DNA from: Okamejei kenojei
Taxonomy: Eukaryota
DNA: 64,000 bases
Reading direction: 5' to 3'
Assembly: GCA_035221665.1 (NCBI GenBank)
Contig: CM069149.1
Coordinates: forward strand, 21,204,001-21,268,000
The notes below the pieces were generated by a model that had not been told where the DNA came from, did no database searches, and saw nothing but the letters and a program-made list of their open reading frames with translations. Position numbers and translations under genes: made by a program. Each line of letters opens with the position of its first letter. Positions within the stretch are counted from its first letter, which is position 1. This document shows positions 50,098-62,800 of this stretch, piece by piece.

Positions 50098-50849
50098 AAT
50101 TTATTGTGAAATGAATTCTGGTTTTCCCAGCGATGTTTGGATACCCTCCCCCAAAAACATTTTAAATGTCTTCCATATTTCCTACATTAAAATTTTAGGT
50201 ACAAAAACTATTGGAATATCCAGGGATATGATAGACACTATGGAAATGCAAACACTTTGCTACATCTGTCAAGTTAAATGGTTTCTTGAAAGTTTCACCG
50301 TTAAATGAAAGAAGAGAAGGAACGCAATGATTTGTTGTTCCAACCCGTCAATGGTGAACTCAATAAATCCCATCCAGTTTACCTCTATCATGTAAAAGGC
50401 ATCTGGCAGCCACAAAAGTACTAAACTTTTATTTTCTTCATTGAGACATTCTCCCTTTGACAAATAGAACATGGAAAATTGTGCATTGCTAAAAAAAATA
50501 GTTTCAAAGATCCAAAGTAATCTAGGCATCATCTGTGTTCTTAAACAAGCAATGGCGATATAAGTACCATAAATTAGAAGTTGGATGTTTTTTTGTATTA
50601 CATCAATAAAAATGTTTTGACAGTTTTCTGTGGACAATCTATCAATGCCTCACTTACAAGGTGCCAGATATTATGGGCATCTCACTGCGTTTGATCCGTA
50701 TAATCTATTGTGGATACCATCATTGGCAAGCAGCAATTTTTGTGCGGCCATGTTTGGGAGAGGCTGTGGTTCGAGAGAAATGTAAAGGTTTGGGCTTGAG
50801 AAGCTTCAGCAACTAAGCTGACCAGAGCGTTAAACCAGACCCTTAGGGC

Positions 50850-51190
50850 TTAGCTTAGCTTGGCTTAGAGGTACTGTGTGGAAGCAGGCCCTTCGGCTCA
50901 CCAAATCCACGCTGACCAACGATCACCCATACATTCGTTCAATCCTACACACTATGGTCAATTTACAGAAGCCAATTAACTTACAAACCTGCACGTCTTT
51001 CCAATGTGGGGGGAAACCAGAGCACCTGGAGAAAACCCACAAGGTCACAGAGAGAACGTACAAACTCAGTATAGACAACCCCAATAGTCAGGATCGAACC
51101 CGGGTCTCTGAGGCCGCAAGGCAACAACTCTACCACTGCGCCATTGTTTCTTCCCACATTCCAAAGACGTGTAGGTTTGTAGGTTAATGT
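50850..51190 (-). mobile_element. SINE with fold-back V-domain fragment
   Basis: Minus copy to ~51146, then plus-strand TTCCCACATTCCAAAGACGTGTAGGTTTGTAGGTTAAT. Confidence 0.82.
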
Positions 51191-52470
51191 TCATGTACTC
51201 GGCTGTGGCACACGAGCCATCCCATGACCTTAACAATGTGAGGTTTTGGGCAAATGTCAAGCAAGTCCAGGAACCAGGCATTGGGCGCAAGTGACATGTT
51301 CTTGATTAGTACAGACATCAAAGGGTACGGGGAAAAAGCAGGAGAATGGGGGTTGAGAGGGAAAGATAGATCAGCCATGATTGAATGGCGGATGTGCCAA
51401 ATGTCCTAATTCTGGTCTAATTCTGCTCCTATAACTTATCAACTTATGAAGTGTGAGAGGAGAAATCTGTTTTATCAGTGGTACTTTGGGATAAGACATC
51501 TAAAGAAGTTAAGACTCTAAAACCCAGGACTTGAATCATACAAAATGGCACCGGAAAGTTCTTGTCATAGGAGCAGAATTAGGGTATTCAGACCATTGAG
51601 TCTACTCTGCCATTCAATCATGACTGATGATCTATATCTCCCTCTCAATCCCATTCTCCTGCCTTCTCCCCATAAACTCTGACACCTGTACTAATCAAGA
51701 ATCAGGCAATCTCTGCCTTAAAAATACCCAATGACCTGGCCTCCACAGCTGTCTGTGGCAATGAATTCAACAGATTCACCGCCCACTGACTAAAACGTGG
51801 AGACTCTTGTGTGCTGTCTCAGAGTAATCTACTATTCCTCCATTCTTGCAGTTAAGTATGATTCTGTCTAGATATTGTAAGATTTTTACTGAACTGCATG
51901 CAAGAAAATAACTTCATTATACGTGGTTAGGTGACAATAAAGTACCATTGAACCATTGATGCATTGATCCATTGAACTATTGATCCATGCAGATAACACA
52001 TACAATTTCCTATCTGTACATCTTCATCTGTTAATCAAATGGACAAATTATGTGCAATTTAATTTGCCCTGTGTAGAGAAGGCTGAAATGTTGAAAGATG
52101 TTTTACAAGTAGAGCTGTCAATATTGTGGAACATTTGAAGTAAAATTCTCAGTTACCAGTCCCCTATCTCGGATGCCCATGCTTGTCAGGAATGTAATCA
52201 GGAGTAACAGTGGCAAACTACATCTGTTGTGTGGTAATGGCAGAACACTGGGATTAAGGTGATCATCTGCTCCTTTCATCATCTGCTTCACCTGGTCTTT
52301 TTCCCTCTTATGCATTGCTACACATTGCTTATGAAAACTAACTGGTCCTAACTATTTTTGCCAGAGTTTTTTTTACTCCACAGATGCTGCCTGGCCCGCT
52401 GAGTTACTCCAGCTTTTTGTGTCTATTTTCAGTATAAACCAGCATCTGCAGTTCCTTTCCACACTAATTA

Positions 52471-52785
52471 TAGTTTAGTTAGTTTAATTTAGTTTAGTTT
52501 AGTCTTTACTTTAGACATTAGAGATACAGCATGGAAACAGGCCCTTCGGCCCACCAAGTCCATGCATATCAACGGTCACCCCGAACACTGGCATTATCCT
52601 ACACACTAGGTATGATTTACAGAAGCCTACATCTTTGGAATGTGGGAGGAAACCGGAGAACCCAGAGAAATCCGACACAGTCACAGGGAGAACATACAAA
52701 CTCCATACAGACAGCACCCATAGTCAGGATTGAACCTGGGTCTTTGGCACTGTAAGGCATTAACTCTACCGATGTGCCATTGTGT
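52471..52785 (-). mobile_element. HE1/V-SINE-type SINE
   Basis: (TTTAG)n tail through head. Confidence 0.88.
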
Positions 52786-53679
52786 CGCGTCTTCTCAGAG
52801 GCTTGTGAATGCCTGGACTTCTCTGCCCAGAGGATGGTGGGGAACAGGCCATCAAAGTGGAGATAGATGCATATTTGAAAGATCAGGGAATTGAGGCGTA
52901 CGAGGAACTGGCACAGAAGGCGAGTTGAGATCAACATTCATCACCCATGACCATATAGGATGGTCGGGTTGGTTTAGAGAGGCATGGTGGCCTATGCCTG
53001 CTACCATTCTCTTTTGTTCTTACATCACATTATGTTAAAGCTCTCTCCAGCATTAGGTTTAGCTTTAGTATTGTCACAGTGGAAAAGCTTTGTTTTGCAT
53101 GCTATCCAAACAGATCAGATATAGCGTACATAGATACAATTGGTTCTAACTCAAGTACAATAGATGGAGAAAAGGGGAAGATAAAGACTATCGTTCTCTG
53201 TTTGCCCAATAGAGGCACAAAGTGCAGGAGTAAATGAACGGGTTAGACAGCATCTCTGGATAACATGGATAGCTGACGTTTCAAGTCGGAATCCTTCTAC
53301 AGATTGAAAGATCAGTTTGCCCATATCCTCCACAATGCCAGGTTAAACTAGTCGTATGTGATCTGATGTGATCATTGGGAATAGGGGTGCGATATTCATT
53401 TTACTTCGGAGTCACGTGAGTGACTACGTGAAGAAGCCCCGCCTGGCGCTTGATCGGCATTATGTCGACGCTGACGGCAGAAGCAAGAGCTGCAGAGTGC
53501 AGCTCCCCTCAGCGGTAAGAACGGGCCCGCAGGTAAGTGCAATTGATTTACTTTAGGGCGTTCTAAAAAACCGTTACGCTGGCATATAAAACCAGCAAAA
53601 TGAATGTAAAAATTTTTACAAAAAATCAGAGTCACGCTGGCGTACTGATCCAGCAAAGACAATAAAAAATTGAAACAAA

Positions 53680-54821
53680 ATGGAGAAGTCTCAGAGGAAG
53701 ATTTTGCGGGTAAAAAGATCGTCCCGGGGAGAGGCTAAAGAGTCGGGACAAGAGATTAGTGCGGAGCCGGTTCCGATACCGGTGGCCGTTGATTCACCCG
53801 TTAGTGAGACTATAATTCCTCCAGAAATTAAAACCACGGAGGAAATTGTGCCTAAGAAAAGTAAAAAGAAATCCGTGAGGCCCATGGTTTCTGATGATGA
53901 CTCTGATAATGAAAGTCCTCCGGATAATAAAGCTATATGGCTTAAAATGGAACATATGGAGAAAGTGCTTCAAAATATTTTGAGACAAGGGTAAAAGAAC
54001 CCAGAATTTTCCCAAACAGACCCTGAGGGGTTTGAATATCCAGAATATGGCTATGTGCGATATTGGGAATATGAAACTCCAGACCCAGGATTAAGGGTGG
54101 AGGAAGTCTCCTTTGATGAAGTTCCAGGAGTATCAGGGCTGCAAGAGACAGACCCTGAAAGTGGTGATGTAGATTATGAGTGCACACCACAAATAAAAAA
54201 GAAAAGGCCATATGTGCCTGATATGGCAAAGGATTGTGCTATACCTGAAGGAGGTGGTGAGGCTATGGGAGAAAACCTAGCTGCCAGCATTAATTAAAGG
54301 TATCTCACCAACTTCAAGATTCTGCTATGGCTGAAACAGCAGAATTATATAAAACACCGGAAAATTGCATCTCATTGAAGGTATCGACGGTGAATCCGAA
54401 TATATGGACACCTATGTCATCAGTCATGAGAGGGCAAGAAATAAGGTTTCAAAGAATCCTCAAACTGATTTCAGCTGACATTACTGCTTTTGGAAAGCAA
54501 ATGGAAGGGTCAGAAATGATCAAAATCCAAAGAGATACATTGGGCTTATTGTGCAATTCATTTTATGAAATCAATTGTATGAGGAAAATTGCGATTCAGC
54601 CCATATTTCATCCTAGATTTGCAGGTCTGTGCCGATCAAGTGGTGTTCAATCTCCTGGTTATCTATTTGGAGAAAACCTGCCTAAACAAATAAGAGAAAT
54701 GGATGAAGAGGCTAAATCTATTAGCTACATGAGACCTTTCATTTTTGGACAAAAAAGGTACTATACACCAAGAAGGGTGATTATAGTGATTTTGGAACAA
54801 ACAGAGGCAGGAATATGGTAA
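53680..54821 (+). pseudogene. DIRS gag-like ORF1, broken into three pieces
   Basis: Position in element; YKTPENCISLKVSTVNPNIW and YLFGENLPKQIREM motifs. Confidence 0.7.
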
Positions 54822-54939
54822 GAAAATATTACCATCCAACACAGCCTAATGTTCACCCATATACGGGGAGAAGGAGACCACCACGTTCAAATGGAGAGGT
54901 ACAAAAACTTTATTCTGTTCTTAAAGGAACTGTGGACAA

Positions 54940-56400
54940 ATCTCCAGTTGGTGGGAGATTACAAATGTTTTATGATGAATGGCTTTGCATCACATCTGAC
55001 CGGTTTATTTTACAAACGGTTTCAGGAGCTACAATAACATTTAAAGAAGGTGTTGATTCTCCGGTACAATATAAACCTACTTATGGTTCATGTTCTCTGC
55101 TATTGAGGAAACAGAAATTAATGTGGAAATTGACAAATTGTTTAAAAAAGGTGTTATTGAAAAAAACTGTTGAGCATCCACACGAATTTGTGTCAAATAT
55201 CTTTCCAAGAGATAAAAAAGATGGTGGTTGTAGAATTATTCTGGACCTTACAAACTTTAATACATTTGTCCAGTATAAACATTTCAAGATGGAAACGTTC
55301 AACACTGCAAGACATTTGATATCAGCAGGTTGTTATATGGCTACAATCGATTTAAAGGATGCATACTATTCAGTACCAATGCATCGGTTTTTTCGGAGGT
55401 ACTTGAAATTTAATTGGCTGGGACAGCTGTGGCAATTTAAAGCATTACCTAATGGGTTAAGTTCAGCTCCTAGGCTCTTCACAAAGCTGTTGAAACCAGC
55501 TTTAGCACAATTAAGAGCACAAAAGCACATCGTTATGGCTTATCTGGATGACATTTTAATTGTCAGTAATAATCAGGAATCAGCTGGAAAATCAGTTTCA
55601 GCAACTAAAACTTTATTTGAAAAACTAGGGTTCCTGATTCATCCAATTAAGTCCAAGCTGCAGCCAGCACAAACAATTAATTATTAAGGTTTTGTGATTA
55701 ATTCAGTTACTATGTTAGTAACTTTGCCAATGGACAAGATTGTTGATATTTCAACTGTATGTTGGGGCCTCATTCACAAACCTTATCCCTCCATCCGAGA
55801 AGTAGCAAAGGTTATTGGTAAATTAGTAGCAGCATTTCCTGCAGTGGAATTTGGTCCATTACATTACCAAATCCTTCAAAGGGACAAAACGCGAGCTTTA
55901 AAAAAGCGAGCAGGAATTTTTGATAGGCCTATACAATTAACAAAAAAAAGTTTAATTGGAATTACAATGGTGGATTGAAAATGTTCCACATGCTGCTAAA
56001 AACATTTTAGCATTCAGCAGCCTGAAGTATTTTTACAAACAGATGCAAGTGTTCTTGGATGGGGGGCGACAGATACATTTACCAGCTGTGGGGGCAGATG
56101 GACTGTCCAAGAGGAATTGTTTCTCCAAACATACGGTATTAATTATTTGGAGTTATTGGGGGCATTTTATGGATTAAAAGCCTATTGTTCTACAAAAAAG
56201 GATCTGCATGTCCAGGTACAATTAGACAATAAGACAGCTGTTGCATATATTCATCACATGGGTGGAGTAAGGTCTGTATCATGTGATTGTCTGGTCAATC
56301 AGATATGACATTGGTGTATTGAGCACCAAATTCGGGTTTCAGCAAGTTATATCCCAGGTAAAGATAATGTGGTGGCAGACAACAGATCAAGGGTATTTAA
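54940..56400 (+). pseudogene. DIRS reverse transcriptase and RNase H, with stops and frameshifts
   Basis: VGGRL; RIILDL; TIDLKDAYYSVP; LPNGLSSAPRLFTK; YLDD; TDASVLGWG; INYLEL; DNKTAVAYI; NVVADNRSR; stops at 55685 and 56306. Confidence 0.92.
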
Positions 56401-56808
56401 AGACAACACAGAATGGATGTTGAACCCACAAGTTTTCAGTAAAATTGTTATTTGGTATGGGTTACCAGACATTGATCTGTTTGCATCAAGATTAAATCAT
56501 CAATTGCCTAAATATGTCTTGGGAACCTGGTGCGGTAGCAGTAGATGCATTGGGGAAATATGTTATTTTATGCTTTCCCTCCATTTGGCCTGGTTAGGCA
56601 ATGTCTTAAGAAAATAGAACAAGATTCTGCCACAGGACTGTTGGTGATTCCAAATTGGCCCACACAACCATGGTTCCCGTTGATGTTAAATATGATTAGG
56701 GAACCATGTATGTCAATTCCTAGCTGCAGTGAATTGTTAATAAAACCAGTAACAAAAGAAATTCATCCATTACATGTTTATATGAATTTGTTAATCTGCA
56801 GATTTTGA
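56400..56808 (+). pseudogene. DIRS Dam-like N6-adenine methyltransferase domain, frameshifted
   Basis: IDLFASRLN and YAFPPF motifs, then IPNWPTQPWFP. Confidence 0.8.
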
Positions 56809-56846
56809 CCAGACCACTACAAGGGCTTGGACTGTCGGATAGGACC

Positions 56847-57775
56847 ATGGATGTTATAGTCTCATCATGGCGAGATAGCACTAAGAAACAATATATGACA
56901 CATATAAAGAAATGGGAAGTTTTTGTAGACAATCAAATATATCTTATCATACTGTGAACATTTCAAACATATTGGAGTTCCTTGCTGGGTTGTATTTTGA
57001 GCAGCACTTGAGTTATAGTGCCATTAATAGTACTCGTAGTGCTTTATCGTGCTATTTAGGACAAATTTCTGACCATGAATCAATTGGATCTCATCCATTA
57101 ATATCCAGGTTTATGAAAGGAATTTTTAACAAAAATCCGCCCAAGCCAAGATATACAGAAATTTGGGATGTCAGCATTGTACTTACTTTGCTTAGGCAAT
57201 GGACTCCAATCACAGTTATGTCTTTGGAAAAATTAACATTTAAAGAATTAATGTTAGTGGCGTTGGTATCAGCACAAAGAGTGTAAACATTGCAAATGCT
57301 ACGTTTAGATTGTATGCATGTGGCTTCAGATAACATTGTGTTTTACGTTTATGATCTGATCAAACAAAGCAGACCAGGAAGAACTGGAGCTAAGGTAATG
57401 TTTCAAGCTTACCCTATTGATCCAACGTTGTGTGTAGTTAGACACTTGACTCAATATATAAAAGTTACCAAGAGTCTTCGAGGTGATGAAAAAGCGTTAT
57501 TTATTACGCATAAGAAACCACACACAAAAGCATCAGTACAAACCATTTCTAGATGGTTAAAACAGGTGTTACTTTTTAGCGGAGTAGACACTGATGTGTT
57601 TAAATCTCACTCCACCAGGGCTGCAGCTACATCCGCGGCGAAGTTACAGGACGTACCGCTCGAACACATTTTAGAAGCCGCAGGGTGGTGTAAAGAAGAA
57701 ACTTTTTCAAAGTTCTACGATAAACCTGTTCTCACAATGACAGTCTTTGGACACGCGGTGTTGGGTTCACTGTAA
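56847..57775 (+). pseudogene. DIRS tyrosine recombinase, with a frameshift and an in-frame stop at 57284
   Basis: SWRDSTKKQY; LSYSAINSTRSALS; SAQRV; LCVV; HSTRAAATS; AAGW; FSKFY. Confidence 0.92.
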
Positions 57776-58024
57776 TCACCTGCTTTGTTTCACTATCGAT
57801 TTATATTATCGATTTATGTTATCACTTTATATCTTTTATCACTTTGTAGTGATTTTCCCCAAATATAAAAAAGGGGTTATTATTTGTTCTTTTATCATTA
57901 AAAGATTTATGAAATAAACTAAAACTGAATTCTGGTGAAAGGTAATTTACTCATTTATGTGTTGACCTAGCCAGACTGTCGTATGGAAAGACTCTACAAC
58001 ATAAAAAACACAGAAGCTACAAAA

Positions 58025-58137
58025 TCTTCACGTAGTCACTCACGTGACTCCGAAGTAAAATAGTAAGATTAAACGAGAACTTACCAGTTCGAAGTTTGAT
58101 CATTATTTTATGAGGAGTAACGATGAGGGATTACGTG
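58025..58137. repeat. DIRS internal complementary region (ICR)
   Basis: 58025-58061 is the reverse complement of 53398-53434; 58062-58137 is approximately the reverse complement of 58287-58362. Confidence 0.95.
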
Positions 58138-58574
58138 CCCTCCACTCCCGACCCTCATAAAATAAATGATCATCTGGTAGTTCTAAATCTATGTTGAGCC
58201 TTACTATCTTACTCCAGCTATTATGTTCTGTGTTTTTCATGCCGCTGCTTTGAAGTATGCCGATCAAGTGCCAGGCGGGGCTTCTTCACGTAATCCATCA
58301 TCGTTACTCCTCATAAAATAACAATCAAACTTCGAACTGGTAAGTTCTCGTTTAATCTTACTATTAGTGTTCAGCTGTATGTCAGAAAATCTAATAAAAT
58401 TCAATAAAATTGAAACAAACACAATCTTCGTAATAGAAGCTCCGACCGAGATGGCCATGCCTCAACAGCAGGCCTGGCTTGCCAACCATGGAAACGGGAT
58501 CCTGCCTGGAATCATCTGAGCCTCATCTCTTACTCGACCCCGAAGACCAGGAACAGGGGAGAAGAGTGCAAGGA

Positions 58575-59897
58575 TGTAGTGGCCATTTGGTTTGTTCTGT
58601 GTGTCATTAATTATGGCATGTGTCTTTAAATTTGAGACTGCCCGTTATATTGTGGGTGGGATTTATGACGTGGGCATGTTTGGAGCTATGTTTCTTGCAC
58701 AGAAGCTTAGTTTTTAGTTTAGTTTGGGACCAGCATGAGGAAGGCATACCCTTTGACCATGCAGAGTGTAACAGAGACACGAGGAGTTTTCTAACCTTTA
58801 AAGCAATATGCTGGAGTTTGACGAAGATTACAGTGTACGTGTCGGAAGAAGGTTGGATGTGTACCTTACTGTTTTTCATCTACAATAAAGAATCTATTAA
58901 TCAAAAGACTGTTAGGAAGATTTATCTGTGAAGTAGCTCTGAAGGACTCTGACGGAAAGCTCACATGCATATAGGAGGGGTGCCGCATGAAGGCTGCCAC
59001 TGCCTACAGTCTGTCCATTTTTTCCATCTTTTTTTTATTTTTTATTTTGTTTAAAATTATGTTGAGGAGGTTTCTTTAGTTTTTCTATGTGGGGGAGGGG
59101 GGTAGGGTAAGGGAGAAACCATCTCCCAGCCTGGCGAGGATGCGACTATTCTCCGAGTCGCGTCCACGCCCCCCTCCTCGCGGCCTACCATCTGGATTGG
59201 TGCGGCATTTCTTGCCAGGGACCGGTACAGAGTTCCAACTGCGGTGGCGCAGCACTGGATACATTGCGGAGCGGGCGATGCCTCACCTGGGATCGCCGTT
59301 TGAAGCTCCGGAGTGCTGGGCCTGCTGCAACAACATCATCGGGCTATGGTTTGTACAGCTTCCAGCGTGGGCGGCGATGACTTCAACATCGCGGTGCCCT
59401 GGGGCCCTTTGCCGAGGGCCGCCAGCATGGGTCTCCGTTCAGCACGGCCTGTGAACTTCGGGAGCCGCGGACTCCAGTAGGAAGTGGCCGATTCGGAGGT
59501 CCAAGCCGTTGATGTTGTTCTCCCGTTCCGACGTTAGAGTTCCATCATCCCGGCGAGAGGGCCTGAGTATCGGACCACCCGTAGCGGCGACTGCGGAGGG
59601 CTGCGGAGGGCTCTGGAGGCCCCGGCCACGGGTGTACATCAAAGAGGAGGATGACTGAACTTTGGGCCTTCCCTCACAGTAAGAAACTTTGATTCTGCTG
59701 AGCAGGGGATGTTTATGTTAAAATACAATCGTGTTTTGTTCTTTTTTTATTCGTATGGCTGTATGGTGACCCGAAATTTCACTGTACCAATGTGACAATA
59801 AATGTCTCTTGAATCTTGAATATAACGACATTCTCCTTAATCATGTGAGTGGCTAGAGGGAGTAATCTCTTGAACGATATAAAAATCTGCCGCTACA
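58575..59897 (+). repeat. 5' LTR of the BEL/Pao element, interrupted by an insertion
   Basis: TGTAGTGGC...GCCGCTACA inverted termini; AATAAA at ~58884; ~470 bp after removing 58974-59820. Confidence 0.75.
58974..59820 (+). mobile_element. CpG-rich non-coding retroelement inserted in the LTR
   Basis: TATA duplicated (58970-58973 / 59821-59824); ends GTGACAATAAA...(TCTTGAA)2; same layout as 5915-6730. Confidence 0.7.
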
Positions 59898-62800
59898 TTA
59901 AGTCAAAGGATACCTCTAATGGGGGGTGTAACCCAGTCCCAGAGAGTGGGACAGAAGATTTGGCTAAGATCTGGGAAGAGGTTTTGGCCAGAAGACCGAT
60001 TCCAGCCAAGGAACTGAAGACAATAGATCTCGGCCAGAGATGGCCTCGAAGTCTATCGACAGCGAAGAGACTTAGCTGAAGGTCTGACGACATTATCAAG
60101 AAATTGTGAGTAAAATCGACTATTATTTCTTTGAATTTTGAAGCTGAAAAGCTTTAATTTTAAACAGCTTCTGTAAGAAGAGCCAGAATTCGAGCCACTA
60201 GATTGGATGATAGCATAAAAGTGTTTTTCCACTGTCTGGAGATATACAGCCAGTCCAACCTTGGATTGTTTTGAAGTCTTGATAACACACATTCCTTTTG
60301 AATTAACATCATTTTTAAGAACGTGGATGTGAAGTGATGTTGTCTACAATATCAGGTTGTTATTGTTCCTGTGAAAGATGTTTACACAAAGTTGGAGCAG
60401 AATTCAGAGAAGACGTTGTTCATTCAATTTAAAAACTTGGCAATCTGCTAAGATCTCTTTAAAATCATGGAGCCAGAAGACAAAGAAGAAGCAACACCAG
60501 AGGAACCACAAGGTGGCGAAGTCAAACTCAGTCAAGGATAACTTGCCTACCTGAAGGAAAACGAGAAGGAGAGAAACAAATTATGGAAACAGGTTACCAG
60601 ATTAATTGAAAAACAGAAGAAACTAATGGAATCAGTACAGAACGCAATCAAAGTAAAATCTGATATGGGCCAACTATGCAACCTCTGCCATGAGGTTGGA
60701 AAGAGACAAAATGTGCTACTGTGTTCACAGCCGTCTCGGGAAGAACGCGTAAGATACACCTATGAAGACAGAGTGAAGATATTCAATGGTTTCATGGATA
60801 AGGCAGAGGAGTGGTTATCTGAAATTATACCACAACCTACGCGCTTAACAGCTGGAGGTATGATGCAACAAGGTGCCAGAATGGAAAATCAGATTACACC
60901 ACGAGATTATATCTCAAAAGTATCTACACGAAGATCAGGACATAAATCTGGTTCTATAACCAGTTCGGTATCAAGGCCTTCTGCTTGATTGGGAGTTGAA
61001 GCTGATCTAGCCACTTTCTCAATAGAAGCGGATGGCTTGATAAAGAAACATGAGATGGAGCGAGAAGAAGAGCAGATGAAAAAAGAGAATATACGACAAG
61101 AAGAAGACAAGATGAACGGATAAGGCGACTAGAAGAACTGATAAAGGAGTTGAGGCGACGAAAGGAACAACTGGAACTAGACACAAAGATGGCGGTGGCC
61201 AAAGAAAAGAAGGAGATATTGGAAAGAAGCAGATCTAGATCATCGAAGATGATGAGCTCTGGACCAAGAGGAAAAACTGCTCCAAATGAGTCAGCAGTTG
61301 GATCAATTCCACAATCGAGGTCCACCGGATTTCATGGCTTTGAAAACCCATTGGAACAGAATAAGATGGGTAAAACTTCATCTCAGCAAATGGGAACTAG
61401 ATCGAAACAAACTACTGATGTAGTGTCTGTAGATGCTCAGGGCAAACCAATAGCGGAGCCTGCTTTTCCAAGGCCTGATGCACAGGCTCGAGCAAGCCAG
61501 TTTGAGCTAAGGCCTGTCTATCGTTCGTTGAAGCCAAGCCAAGGTTATCAGGATGGATTATTTGCATGGGCGAATAGGCAAGCTGAATTCAACCAGATCA
61601 TAGCCTGACAAAATACCTCTCTTACTCTACCACCAGAAGAAATATGATGGAGATCCTTTGCGGTGTGAAGCTTTTGTAAGGGTATTAGAAGAAGTATTAG
61701 AAATTAAAGTTATGGATGAAAAGGAGCGCTTACGATTTCTGGTGAAGTACACAAGCGGAGATGTTCAGGTACTTGTAGAAAGTTGTCAAAATGAGCCTGA
61801 CAGCCAAGGCTATAAAAGAGCGAGAAGGTTACTTAAAGAAAGTTTTGGTAATGAACAGAGGATTGCTAACCCATACATGGAGAAGGCCCATGCTTGGAAA
61901 GAAATCAAGACAGAAGATGGGGAGGCATTGAGTAAATATGCAATATTTCTGAAAGGTTGTTGCAGCTTGATCAAAAATCTCGGCCACATGAAGGAAATGA
62001 ATCTTGCGAGTAATAATCGAGTCATCATTAGCAAGTTGCCCAGAAGACTGAAAGAAAGGTGGAGATATAAAGCAGACAAAATAATGAATAAGAAGAAGCA
62101 AGTAGCCAGGCTACGAGACCTGGTGAAATTCTTAGAAACGGAAGTACGGTACATGTTAGAGCCACACCACAGGACAATTGAAGATCATAAACCAATTGTA
62201 ACTAACAAAGGTTCTACCTTTGCCAAAACTGAAGAAATATCAGAACCTAAGAGTAGTTTTGCTACCTCAATCATACCGGTGGAAACGACAGAAAGGAAAT
62301 GTATCTACCAGCAAACAATTTGTATTTTGTTTGTTATGTGATGAAGTTGGTCATAAGATGGTGTCGAAGATTCAAAATGAAAGAATATGAAGAAAAGATA
62401 GATTTCTTGAAAGAGAAGGGAATCTGTTTTGGATGTTTGAAAAAAGGACATATGGTGAGAGACTGCAAGTCCTATAATTTGTTATACGTGCAAGCAATAT
62501 CATCCTGAAGCACTTCACAATGAAAAAAATCCACCAGAGCATTTGGAAGAGGAAGAACCAGAACAAATAGAAGACGAGCTATCAGAGCAAATAGAAGAGG
62601 ATGAACCAGAGCAAACGGAACAGAAGAAGAAGGCAACTACTAGTGATGCTATCACCTCGCCACAAGTAACTGCTCATATTGGGGCCGGGATTGGAGCTGG
62701 TATATTTTCTATCTTACCAGTACAGGTAAGGAATAGCAAGACAAATACAGTGTTGCAATCATATGCTTTTTTGGATCACGGAAGTTCGACTACCCTTTGC

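Larger units (their letters stand above)
53398..58365 (+). mobile_element. DIRS1-like tyrosine-recombinase retrotransposon, structurally complete, ORFs disrupted
   Basis: Left ITR 53398-53460; ICR 58025-58137 complementary to both termini; right ITR and extension 58257-58365; ATT at both ends; gag, RT, RH, MT and YR in order. Confidence 0.95.

Noticed and set aside
1-53300. Numerous 60-170 aa ORFs as host genes
   Set aside because: They are translations of SINE, LINE, MITE or low-complexity sequence (e.g. recurring VRIEPGSLAL), mostly with non-ATG starts and no domain signal
56847-57775. Phage or bacterial integrase and methylase contamination or HGT
   Set aside because: Both are normal DIRS components, enclosed by ITRs/ICR and flanked by host repeats
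58575-58965. Solo LTR ending at ...CTCACA 58965
   Set aside because: No TSD; a better inverted terminus (GCCGCTACA, 59897) appears once the insertion is removed
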